Assembly (NCBI RefSeq): GCF_009834535.1
Contig: NC_045696.1
Span: 36,644,001 to 36,708,000 of the forward strand
Source of the DNA: Camelus ferus
Taxonomy: Eukaryota
Length of the DNA stretch: 64,000 bases
Direction: 5' to 3'
Position 1 is the first letter of the stretch. Every line of letters begins with the position of its first letter. A program made the position numbers and the translations under genes. Below, in pieces: positions 13,925-25,569 of this stretch. Under the pieces are notes generated by a model, which was not told the DNA's origin, ran no database searches, and worked only from the letters and a program-made list of their open reading frames with translations.

Positions 13925-14411
13925 AATAGATGCTTATATCTTACATTTCTCTTTCAAATTGACTTCAAGCTTCCATAATTGTCATTTCAGTATTCCAAAA
14001 TAGTATGCATTGAGTTTTTTTGTTTTTGTTTTTCTTTTCTTCTCTCTCAACCTACTGGCTTTCTAATTCTAACAAGTATGAGCAACAGATCAATTAATCT
14101 ACCATACATGCAAAATTATTTAGGAGAGTTCAAGCAAAAAATAATTGAAGTGCAGTTGGAAATATTCATGTAAATATTATACCTCTGACAAAAGTCATAG
14201 GTAGACTATAGTCCATTAAAAGATATTTGTAAGATAGTCCTTGAGATACTTTCTTTAGTAACTTTGAAAAGTAAGCAAAACCAACACAACTAGTTCTCGC
14301 CCCATTGGTGTTTTGTTTATTCTACCCAACTACTCAGACAGTAGCTCTGAGAGTTTCAAATATTCTAAACTGTTTTCTGAGTTTAGTGAAGATCTTTCAG
14401 GACATTAGCTT

Positions 14412-14456
14412 AAACAAACAACAACAACAACAGCAGCAAACAAAACAAAACAAAAC
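14412..14456. repeat. (AAC)n/(AAAAC)n simple repeat
   Basis: Directly visible. Confidence 0.9.
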
Positions 14457-14914
14457 TGGGAATAAACAGATTCCCACACATGGTGCTTGACAGTCTTCTG
14501 CTATATTCTTCTTTGGTTCTCTTTGAGTCTCTCTTCAAGTTTCTCCTTTGCTATTTTAGCCCATATCCCTCCACTATAGTCCTCTCCAACCTAATTTTTG
14601 TTTTGTTTTATTTTCTCTATCAATCTTTCTCTCATCCCTCTCTTTCTCTTCCTGCAACAAGTATATTAAAATATCATAGTTCAGTGAAATCCTCCCTGTG
14701 CCATGTGTAACTCTCGTTACCCGCGTGTTCCTGAACAAATCTGATATAACTACCACTCTAATTAGCAACAAGAAAAGGAAGTGTTTTTGTGCCATAAAAT
14801 ACAGTTTTTCTTTGAGCAGTTCTTCAAATTATTTCCGAAGTCCCTCTCATTCCTTTTCCATCAAAAGTAGAATGAAAATTAGATTTCAAAGAGTTATGGA
14901 CTTCTTGTTTCTTT

Positions 14915-15444
14915 CTTTCTTTTTTTTTTTTGTTTTTAATAGACTTAACTTTTTTGGAGCAGTTTCAGGTTTACAGCAGAATTGAGCAGAAAATATAGAG
15001 TTCCCACATAGCACTCCCCACCCATACATATATACTCCCCTATCCTCAACATCCCTCATCAGTGTGGCATATTTGGTACAATTGATGAACCAACATGGGC
15101 ATATTATTATCAACCATATTCCATAGTTTACATTAGGGTTCACTCTTGATGTTATGCATTCTGTGCACTTTGACAAATGCATAATGTCATGTAGCCACCA
15201 CTATAGTACTATACAGGATAATTTCATCACCCTAAAAATCCCTTGTGCTCCATTTACTCATCCCTCCCTCACTCCCTCTCCCCAACCCCTGGAAACTACT
15301 ACCTTTATTGTTTCTGTAGCTGTGCCTTTTCCAGAATGTCATTTGGTTGGAATCGTCCAGTTTGTAGACTTCTTCAACTGGCTTCCTTCATTTAGTAATA
15401 TGTCTTTTAAGTTTCTTCCATGTCTTTCATGGCTTGATAGCTCA
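14915..15444 (-). mobile_element. Ancient L1 3' end (L1MC-like)
   Basis: T-rich tail, then gagcagtttcaggtttacagcagaattgagcagaaa... and catagtttacattagggttcactcttg, which are typical L1MC 3'UTR antisense motifs. Confidence 0.85.
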
Positions 15445-15574
15445 TTTTTTTTCCCACTGCACATATATTTTTTAATTTACATATATATACTGTTCATTGT
15501 TTCTAAGACTGTTTAGAGCTTTAGCTTTTTAAACTTACATAGTTATCAAAGGAATAAAGCCAACCACAAAATAA

Positions 15575-15689
15575 AAGTTAATTAAAAAAGATACATACAC
15601 CTTGCTATTAACAGCAACATTATTTATAATTGCCAAGATATGGAAGCATCCTAAGTGCACTTTAACAGTTGAATAGATAATGAAGATGC

Positions 15690-15746
<57 letters not shown>

Positions 15747-15795
15747 GAATACAGCTCACCCATAAAAAAGAAGGATACTTTGCCATTTGCCACTC
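15575..15795 (+). mobile_element. L1 fragment (ORF2 end/3'UTR start) containing a (GT)n(AT)n microsatellite at 15691-15741
   Basis: attgccaagatatggaagcatcctaagtg and aatggaatacagctcacccataaaaaaga...tgccatttgc. Confidence 0.8.
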
Positions 15796-15839
15796 TTCAG
15801 TTTTTTTTTTTTCACTTTAAAAACCAGAATTTTATAACT

Positions 15840-16130
15840 GACACAAACATTTCCATTACATCAAAAATAACAAAATACCTAGAAATAAACTTAACCAAGG
15901 AGGTTACCTATACTCCGGCAACCGAAATGACACAAAGAAATGAAAAGATTTCTTGTGCTCTTGGATTGGAAGAATCAACACTGTCAAAACAGCCACACTA
16001 CCCAAAGCAATCCACAGATCCAACGCAACCCCCATCAAAATACTCATGACAGTCCTTGTAGAACTAGAACAGACAATTCCATAATTTATAAAGGAACCAC
16101 AAAAGACCCTGAACAGCCAAAGCAATCTTT
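15840..16130 (+). mobile_element. L1 ORF2 fragment (C-terminal to the RT core), degraded
   Basis: Translates to ITKYLEINLTKEV (cf. L1 ORF2 IKYLGINLTKEVKDL), followed by ...ttggattggaagaatcaa...ccaaagcaatc motifs. Confidence 0.85.
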
Positions 16131-16187
16131 TGTGGGTCTATTTTTTTCTCTTTCTTCTTTTTGTTCCCTTTTCTTTTGGTTTGATGA

Positions 16188-17076
16188 CTAAAGAAGTCCC
16201 TTTAACATTTGTTGTAAAGCCGGCTTGATGGTGCTGAAATCTTGTAGCTTTTGTTTATCTGTGAAGCTTTTGATTTCTCCCTCAAATCTGAACGAGAGCC
16301 TTGCTGAATAGAGTATTCTTACCTGTCAGTTTTCCCCTTTCATCACTTTAAATATATCGTGCCACTCCCTTCTGGCCTGTAGAGTTTCTGCTGAAAAATC
16401 AGCTGCTCACCTTACGGGAGTTCCCTTGTATGTTATTTGTTGCTTTTCTCTCGTTCATTTTAATATTTTCTCCTTATCCTTAATTTTGGTCAATTTGATG
16501 ACGATGTGCCTCGGTGTATTCCTCTTTGGGTCGATCCTATGTGGTACTCTCTGCACTTCCTGGACTTGGGTGACTGTTTCCGTTCCCAAGTTGGGGAGGT
16601 TTTTAGTGATTATCTCTCCAAAAATTTTCTCATGTCCTTTTTCTCTCTCTTCTCTTTCTGGGACCCCTATATTAGAGTGCTTTATGTTGTCCCAGAGTTC
16701 TCCTAAACTATCCTCATTCCTTTTTATCCTTTTTTCTGTTTTCTGTTTTGCAGTAGTGATTTCCACTAATCTGTCTTCTAGCTCACTGATCCGTTCTTCT
16801 GCCTCATTTAGTCTATTCTTGGCTCCTCCTGGTGTGTTATTCATTTCAGTGATTTTATTCTTCCACTGTTTGGGTATTCTTTATATTTTCCAACTCTTTG
16901 CTAAAGACTTCACTCTTTGCATCTATACTCCTCTTGAATTCTCTGAACATATTCACCATCATTACTTTAAATTCTTTCTCAGATAAATTGCTTATCTCCT
17001 CATCACTTATTTCTTCTTCTGGGATTTTATCTTGTACCTTGCTCTGGGAGGTAATTCCTTTGCTGCCTCTTATCAT
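16188..17076 (-). pseudogene. L1 ORF1p (RNA-binding/chaperone protein), disrupted by frameshifts and stops
   Basis: ORF track 16855-17076 (...LSEKEFKVMMVNMFREF...) and 16455-16844 (RLNEAEERISELEDRLVEI...RNTPRHIVIKLTKIKDKEKILK). The C-terminus reads RILYSARLSFRFEGEIKSFTDKQKL...MLKGLL*, with the stop at 16188-16190. Confidence 0.92.
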
Positions 17077-18005
17077 CTATCTTTCTATGTGTTTGTGGAT
17101 TCCTTCCATAGGCTTTGGGATTGTTGTTTTCTTATTTCTGATATCTGCCCCTGGTGGATGAGGCTGGACTAGAGGCTTATGTAGGTTTCCTGGCAGGAGG
17201 AGCCAGTGCCTGCCCATTGCTGGGTGAAGCTTGGTCCCTCTACTGGGTAGGGCTGTGTCTAGAGGCCTTTGTGGTTTAGGAAGTCTGCTGATGGATGGGG
17301 CTGTGTTCCCACCTGTATGTTGTTTGGCCTGAGGCTTCCCTACAGGCAGTTGGGTGGGGCTAGGTCTTGGTGCTAATGATCCAATCAAGATGTCAGCCTC
17401 CAGGAAGGCTCATGTAGATGAATCTCCCAGAATGTCCGCCACCAGCTTTTAGGTCCCCTGGGTGAGCTGCAACCATCCCGCCATGTCCCCAGAAGACCCT
17501 CCAAACCCAGCAGGCAGGCCTGGCCCAGGTTCCTGTGAAATCATTGCCTTTACCCTTAGACCTGGCACACATGAGATTCCGTGTACACTTCCCAAGCAAG
17601 TGGAATCTCCATTTCCCCCAGTCCTGTGGGGCTCCCAGCACCATGCCCCACTGGCCTTCAAAACCAGATGTCCTGGGGTCTCCTCCTCCTCCCAATGCTC
17701 AAACCCCAGGCTGGGGAGACTGACGTGGGTTTTAGAGCTCTCACGCCTGTGGGAGGGCCTCTGTGACTTAACTATTCTTCAGCTTGTGGGTCGCCTACCC
17801 CCGGGTTATGAGCCCAATTATATCACAAGCATGCCCCTCCTACTGTCCTGCTGTGGTTCCCTCTTATGTTAACAGTTGCAGAAGATCTTTTTTGCTAGGT
17901 TCCAGTCTTTTTTTCGACGGTTGTTTAGCATTCAGTTGTGGTTTTGTTGTAGTCGCGAGGAGAGGCAAGTTCGTGGTCCTACCACTCCATCTTGACTGGA
18001 AATCT
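17077..18005 (-). mobile_element. L1 5'UTR (internal promoter region), apparently complete to its 5' end
   Basis: GC-rich segment directly upstream of ORF1. The minus strand begins ttccagtcaagatggag..., the caagatgg motif of L1 5' ends. Homologous to 62991-63404. Confidence 0.85.
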
Positions 18006-18759
18006 GACTTCTTGTTTCTTATTTGTTAAAAAAAAAATACAGTGAATTATATTTGCATTTATCCTTGTAGAAAGAAGTAAAGAAGTTTAAAGTGAGTATC
18101 AGATGGTTAAAGATTATAATGAAGTAATTTAAAATTTTAGAAATTCTGTCTGATTTAACTTCTTCTTTTGCTAGTGTCTTTGATAGAGTGCAGGTTAAGC
18201 TGGTGCAAAATATGGGCCACAAAAAGACAGGCCTTTGTCTTTTTCCCGTAATTACCAACCAGAGATAAGCAGTCACAGCTGGTTGGGTAACTGCTCAACT
18301 TAAAATATTGCTGCCATCTCTGTTTCAGTTTTCATTGACTTCCAGGCAGCAACAAAAGGGAAAGAGTAAAGATAGTAACATACATTCTTTCTTAAGGCCT
18401 GGAGTTGGATCTGTATCTTTTGCTTGTATCCTATTGTCTGGTAGTAAGTCACACAGCCTGTATGAGTTTTATTATGAATTGAGGGAAAGAAAGACATTAG
18501 AAGACCATTAGAAATTTCTGCTACAGTTTAACAAATTTAAATGAAGACAAATTATTTTGACAAAATTCTCTCCATTTCTGGAATGCATTTAACTTAAAAA
18601 TCTGGTTTAGTTCAGCTTTATTATTGATCTTTGTAACAATCAAGAATTTTTTTTTAAAATATTGAAATTCAACCATAAACCTTTTAGTGTACTACCAAGT
18701 GAACACTATTATAGAATGTGTAGGAAACAGCAGATGATTAAAATGTCTCTCCAGACATA

Positions 18760-19785
18760 ATAAAGAGTTGAGTCACATCCTATTTCACTCAGCTCTAATG
18801 AAAAGTCCTTACAGTGGTTTCAGGACCTTACTAACTCTGACGTCAATAACCGCTCTGTCTCCAGCTCTCATTTCTCAGTTCCTGTCTAATGACATGCCAG
18901 TCACGTTGTCATTCTTAATTTTCTTCCTGCATGCCAGCCACTCTGTCACCTACCTCTGAGCATTTATTCTCAATATTCTTTCTTTTAGAACTCCCTTTCT
19001 CTCAAGATTTCTGCAAAAATCTTGCTCCCTTCTCTTGTTGGAGGAGGTAATTGAGAGAGGATGTGATGCTGGTTGACCCATCAGCTGGACCTAGGCAATC
19101 GGAGGCCCCTTACTTCCTCTCCATCCTTAGAACATATGCTCTTCTGGCCCTCCTCACTCTATAACTTGTCCAAAAAAGCAGCCTCAAGAGGGAGATAAGA
19201 TATTAAGGCTATCTGGATGTGTATGTGGATGGTATACATGACTGAGCCCAGTTAAGAACTCTATGTAAACTTTTAAGATTCTAGCATTCCTTTCTAGTTG
19301 GCTCCTTTCCTTATTGGAAGTGCCACCTATCAGTCTGGAGGGAATCTGCCTCTTTTTTCTATCTCTCTCTGCTTTCTGCATATGGGAGCCAATTTCAGGT
19401 TACACTCAGGAAGCTCTGAGAAGGTTGTGAGCCAACATCTCTTCTTCAAGTCTTTGTTTAAATGTCACCTTCTTAGTAAGACCTGACTTGACCTTCTTCT
19501 TTAAAATTCCAAATCTACACTCAGCATTTTTTATTCCCACTTCTTGCTTTATTTATTCCATTGGAGTTACCATCCAAGTTTCTATAGATTTTGCTTATTT
19601 ATTTTCTTTATTGACCATCTTTCATAACCAACTAGAATGGATACTCTTCGAGGGCATTTAAATTTGTTTATTTTATGTTTGTTTCCCATGACAATAATCA
19701 CGCCTGGCACATAATATGATCATCAATAAATATTCAGTGACTAACTGAATGAGGAACGAATGAATGAGTGATTGAGTAAATGAAT
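18760..19785 (+). mobile_element. L2 (L2a-like) 3' region, split by a solo LTR at 19036-19437
   Basis: aaatgtcaccttcttagtaagacct, cctggcacata...tcaataaatatt and a terminal (TGAA)n-like tail. Confidence 0.8.
19036..19437 (+). mobile_element. Solo LTR (402 bp) with 6-bp terminal inverted repeats and 5-bp TSD; family unassigned
   Basis: TGTTGG...CCAACA termini, with tctct duplicated at 19031-19035 and 19438-19442. Strand is tentative. Confidence 0.88.
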
Positions 19786-21049
19786 CAGAAAACTAGAATT
19801 GTATTAGCTCCAGTAGTCATCTTGGGAAAATTTGATTCATGCATTGACATTTTTCAATATTCTCTATTTTTACTTAGGCAATCATGTTATGTTTTACACT
19901 ATGAAAAGAACTCAATTGTTTTTATTAGTTTTATTCACTTGAAATATCTAGGGAAAGTACAGTCTTCTGTAAGAAAGAATATTTTATAAAATTATGAATG
20001 CTTATCTTGCATAAAATCTATACCTCTGGTTAAAAGTGTTCAAGCATTGATTCGAGTCATTCCATCTACATTAAAAGTTCTTTAAAAGTAATAGAATTAC
20101 ATTTTTTGCAATATCATTCCAATCGTGAAACTGTTGTTTATAGTTTTCTTACATAATGAGGAGAATTCTTAAGGCTGAGAGCAAAACTCTAAATTTCATG
20201 ACTCCTTCTAACCTGATTTTTAATGCAGTGACTATAGTACAAATGATAGTTTCAATCATCTGCATCATTCTGTATTGAAACATAAGCCACAGAAGCTAGT
20301 TACTTAGCAGAACTTTTTTTTTTTTTATTAAACTGTGCCACGCAATGGTCTTTAATATGTGCTGAGTGCCAATTAATACCTAAGCACTAGTTAAGCACCC
20401 AGATTAATGTTTCCACTCACCACATGAAGTCATTCTGAAAATCCCCGTGGAGGTAATTGCAAACTTGTTTTAGGTACAAATGCACTGATTTAGTTTTACA
20501 GTGAGCAGAGCTAAATCTGAATGTAGCCTAAACAAGGTGTGGTTGAACAAATTGTTCTGAGCATAATTGTCGAGAATGCTTCAAAGTGATGATTAGGGTG
20601 ATAACAAATGATATCCCCAAGGGAGCAAATTGTCAGGTAGCATAAAATAAAACCGGAACCTTTTTGCAAAATCTAAGAAAGCACCTAGCACATATTTAAA
20701 ACAACCTCACAAAAATAAAAGTAAAATTTTAAGGGTTTTATTTTTTTGATGAACATATACTTATAAATTCCACCAAATTTATGTAAATAAGAAAGACCTA
20801 TTACACATCATCAAATGACATTTTTTTTCAGAATAAGGATTTTTTTTTTCAATCTTGATAAATAAATAGAGGGGCAAATGCAGTATTATAGAGGATGTCT
20901 CACATGGAGGGGAGAGTGCTGCTACGGGGGAGTTTCAAGGAATCCCCTCACTTTCCAACAACGTACAGGATCTAGTGTGGAAACTCTCAGAGATGTGAGC
21001 TAAAATTTCTGGTCTTACAGTGTCAACTCAAAGCTAGTGACAATAACAA

Positions 21050-21430
21050 CATTAATAATAATTACCATGATAAAATCAGTATTTATTGAACACTTACTAT
21101 GCGTCAGACATTGTGTTCATTAACTTAAATACATAATTTACTTTTCAAACCAATGTTGGGAGATGAGACTGTTATATTCATTTGACAGATGAGAAAATGA
21201 GTCAAAATTAGACAGTAATCTATGATGAGATCCTGTTGGCCTGCTGTCATGCTTGAAATGCTTACATAACTTTATATTTGGGCTTTGCCATTTCTAAACA
21301 TTTTGGGCAAATCACATAACTATTGTCCATCCAGTTTTCTTCTCTGTGAAAGTGGTATAATATGACATTGCTGTGTTGATAATTAAATGAGGAAGTATAT
21401 TTCAAAGTCATGGTACAGTGCTGGGAAGGC
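21050..21430. mobile_element. Two diverged MIR fragments (minus ~21050-21220, plus ~21280-21430)
   Basis: tatttattgaacacttactatg...tttgacagatgagaaaatgag, and ttgggcaaatcacataac...cagttttcttctctgtgaaa...aattaaatgag. Confidence 0.65.
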
Positions 21431-24400
21431 CTGGGTGGTTCAGGTTACTTGGGGGACAGAGTACCAACCACTTAATCAGTGTTTTTTTTTTTATGTAATT
21501 GGCACTCAATGAAAAGAACTTTATTAAAATAAAGTATTATTTATAAAGGGCAACTTTTACACTGGGCCAGGCATAGTATTGTGTTGATACAATGGTGAAC
21601 AAAATAGACTTCTTTTTTGAATTTGTGTGAACAAATAAGTAGAAAATGTCAAATTATGACAAAGAAGGACCAGACCAGGGAGTGATGAGGGATAGTGATG
21701 GGCTGGAGACTTAATTTGGAGCCTATCATTGGGAAAGGCCTCTCTTTTTTTCACTTTAAAAATCACATTCATGCTAAGTTATAAATTTAATATAAAACAT
21801 AATTATGGATAATGGCATAATGGTAACCACTGTTAGTATTCTGGCATACATCCTTTCCTTCTCTGTTCTGTACATACACACATACACATATACACACCCA
21901 CACACATTTTACTTTTTTAACAAGACTGGGCTCATGCTTTGCACTGAGTTTTGCTATCTGTTTACCAAATAGACTGTTGTTCTGTTCTGTCTGGCATAAA
22001 TAGACTGATTATGCTGGACAGTGGAGTATTCCAAAGCATAAGTGTACCATAAGTAGAGGGAGGCTTTTATTTAATAGGGTGGGAACAATTTGAGAATGTT
22101 TTTCTAGGTTTCTGAGGAGAAACCAGAAGCGCTGGAGAGGTAAGGGCCTTGGCAGGCGAGTGAGGATGTGGGGGAGTGACTTCTGGGACCAGCCGAAGAA
22201 AAGGAAATGGGGTAGCATTTAAGGCACAGGTGGGATGGGGGCCTTGGCTATTTTTTTTTTTTTTAAGTATTATACTTCCTTGTCTTAGGGTGCATTTTTT
22301 CAAAGTTATAAAACATATACTCACTATAGGAAGGTTCAATAATTGCAAAAGGGAAGGCCTCTCTTGAGAAAGGTTATGTTTACGATGAGAACCAACTAAC
22401 GAGGAGGAGCCAGGCAGGTGAAGAGTCCTTAGGGCAAAGGGAGCGATGTACACAAAACCCTGATGTGAGAGTTTGGCAAGTTGAAGGAACTGGCAAAATG
22501 CAAGCCCTGGCGACTGTGGATGAGAAGGAGAAAAGTATGTGGAGAGAGGATACGGCCTAGGAGGGGCAGTGGGGGTCACTGAACAGCAGCATGAAGGTGC
22601 CAAGGAGCAGTGGGAACAGTGCTGAAGACGGACCTGGGAAATCGCCCAGCTCTCTTCCTTGAAGGGCCCTGGGGCCCTGTGGACCTGCGGCCTGCAGAGC
22701 GTCGGCAGGGGAGGGGCCTGCACCAGCCTGCACCTTACAACTACCCACCCACCTGCTTCCTGGTCCCTCTTATTTCCAGGGAGCCCTGGGCATTTCTGTA
22801 AGCTGGGCACTAGAGCAGACACCAAGAAAACTGCTCTGTGAAGTGCTCCCTGTAGGAACGCGTCTCCCTTACAGGCTGCTGCTGCTGGACGAGGCGATCT
22901 GCTCTCGGCCTCGCAGCCCTGTGAGGTCGCTTCACTCAGTCAGTTTTGCTTTAAGTCTCTTAAAATGGAGCAGGTCAATGAAAGGTTATAGACGCAGTAT
23001 TTGTTGTTTAAAGACGACAGTAAACATGCTGATCGCTGGGGAAGAGCATTTTAAACTGTGTTTTGAACTGTGCGCTGACTTAGAGGGACTTGGAAAATTA
23101 AGGTAATTAGGCAGAGCCCAGGGAAGGCCCCTAATGAAAGGCCCGCAGATTTGATTCTGCCGTCCCTTTGACCTCTGCTGGTGACAGAACTTAAACTATT
23201 TGTTATTCTTTTTGCCTGAGTAACGATGTACTGTGACCCAGATAAGTACTGTGACGCCTTGTTTGTTTTCTGTTAGAGGCGGGGATATTGGTTTAGAAAT
23301 TGAGAGAGAAAGATGGGGGTGGGGGGCTGGATGGATGATGACAGGGAGGGAGGGAATGAGACTTGACGCTTTTGTTCCTGGTTAGCTGTTACTAAACTGA
23401 ATGCCAGAAATATATCTGAAACAAATTACACTAATTAGAAAGTGATCTAGCTTCCAGTCTGTTAAAAAGCAGAGGTGCCGATGAAATGGTGCTGACTGAC
23501 CACTGAGTTTTCAATAGTGGGTACTGGAAGGTGCATCAGGCTGGAAGGGCTGTACCAACATGATGAGGAGGTGTTTCTGGACTGAGGCATTGTTTCTGTG
23601 TCCTTTTCCCAGAGCTTCTAGAGATGTCATATTTGTACTCAGCCAAGTGCAGCCTGCTTTGTAAGAGCACAGGCATGTTGATCGCCGTAGACACCACACA
23701 ACCCTGGGCTATTTCACGTGCTGTTGTCTCTGGCCCGCAAGAGGCATGATCTGTTCAGGAATTGCACTGGGATGTTCTGCATCAAATTCATTGTGTGGGA
23801 GGAGTTGCAGAGCTTCTGTGTCCTTACACCCCAGCCAAGTGAGTCAGTCAGGAAAATAAAAATTCCCGCAGAAGCCCTTTACCACACCTCTCTTTCCCTG
23901 ACGTGATATTCAGATCTGATAGATGCAAAAAATAGCAATGGTTTATCAGAACAGCTGAGCAGGGTAGGTATGAGTGTTTTGTGAAAGAGCGTCAAAGACC
24001 TACAGATATTCAAATGGCTGGAGAAACTGAAGTACCAGTGACAGAGGGAACTGACTAAAGATAGCCCAAACCCTCCTTGAAGAAAGGCCAATACTAAGTG
24101 CTAAGTGTCAGCCCCTTAAGAGACAAAGGAATCACTCCTGCGCTTACACCTGTGGCACATCGATAGGCTTTTCAGGGTATTGGTTAGCAGTGAACATAAC
24201 AGGATTGGCTTTCTCGTTATAATTCAAGGCATCCTGTCACTATCTCTTAAGCTGCTTGCATCTGCAAAACTTCTACTGGCTACAGTGTGCCTCACATTTT
24301 TGAAAACAAATACTGTTTTCCAAACTCTAGATTTTTTTAAATTTTATTTTTCTTATTTCTTCTCTGCCTACCTCAAGTCATTATTCCTCTTGCATCATCT

Positions 24401-24894
24401 GCACCAGCATCTGTGCAGCTGAATGAGGCTGGAGCAAAACACAGCCATGCTGATTGCTTCGGCTTTGAATTCACAGCTATTATCTTTGTGGACCTTCCGT
24501 GCTGCAGCATAACACTGGGCAGGTCTCTGATCTCTTCACTTGTTACTCTCCTGGATGCTTGTTGAATACATTTTCTTTTCTCCTCCAACCTGCAACAACT
24601 TTCCATCACTCCTTCCCTCAACTGATGAACTTGCTTGCTTATTTATTTGGAAAGGAGAAGCCATCAGGAAAGAGCTTCCACTAGCCCTGCAACCACACCC
24701 ATTTGCTTGCATTTTTACCCACTAACGCTGACTGCAAAAGCTTTGCATTAGGTAAGTGTCTGTGTTTTCCGCTTGAGCGCCCTATGCTCTACGTGCTCAC
24801 CCAAGGACATAGCTCCACCAATTTCACTCTCTCCTGCACCACCGAATTCCCCCTCTTTTACTAGATTATTTCCTCAACATACAAACATCCCTAA

Positions 24895-25440
24895 AATGTC
24901 GTACAAGTGGTAAATGGTTAAACAAACAGTGGTACATCAATACTATGTACAATAAAATGGAACAAATTATTGATGCACTCAACAACTTGGATGGATCTCA
25001 AGAGTATTGTGCTGAGTGAGAAAACGCCAATATCAAAAGGTCACATACTGTATGATTCCATTTACATAACATTTCAGTAAAGCAAAATTATAGAGATGGC
25101 AAACAAATTACTGGTTGCCAGTGGTGAGGAATCGTAGCAGAGATGAAGGAGGTCATGGCCGTAAAGATGTAGCTTAGCACAAGGGAGATCTTTGTGGTGA
25201 TGGGATAGTTCTGTATGTTGATTGTGGTGGTAGTTACGTGAATCTACACAAGTGATAAAATGACTTAGAACTCTACGCACACATTATACCAACGTCAGTT
25301 TCCTGGTCTTGCCATTGTATGCTAGTCATATAAGACATAAACATTGGGCAAAACTGGGTGAAGAGTATAAGGACTTCTGTGCACTATCTGTAAATTTCTC
25401 TGAATCTATAATCACTTCAAAATAAAAAGTTAAAAATATA
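24895..25440 (+). mobile_element. Ancient L1 3' end (L1MC-like) inserted in an L2
   Basis: acttggatggatctcaagagtattgtgctgagtgag, catactgtatgattccatttacataac; ends aaaataaaaagttaaaaa. Confidence 0.85.
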
Positions 25441-25569
25441 CGTACAGTTAAATATGTTATATATCAAATTTCAGCATATCAAAGACCACCAAGTATATTA
25501 AGCTATACTGTAAACTGACTAACAAAATGCAAAACAAAACATAAAAACAAATATAAAAACAAACAAAAG

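Noticed and set aside
14305..14490. ORF with a poly-Q run
   Set aside because: It arises from the (AAC)n/(CAG)n simple repeat and has no exon context.
16426..16986. 186-aa hydrophobic ORF on the plus strand
   Set aside because: It is simply the antisense of A-rich L1 ORF1.
18005..18020. Candidate TSD (gacttcttgtttctt) for the ORF1 composite
   Set aside because: It matches the left flanks at ~15437-15452 and ~15791-15805 only partially, which is too weak in T-rich sequence.
22067..22825. Longest ORF in the track (252 aa, minus strand)
   Set aside because: No recognisable domain. It crosses an A/T run and L2/L1-like fragments, and is a plausible chance ORF in locally GC-rich DNA.
24745..24760. 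Consensus splice donor AG|gtaagt
   Set aside because: It lies in L2-like sequence, and I found no convincing paired acceptor.
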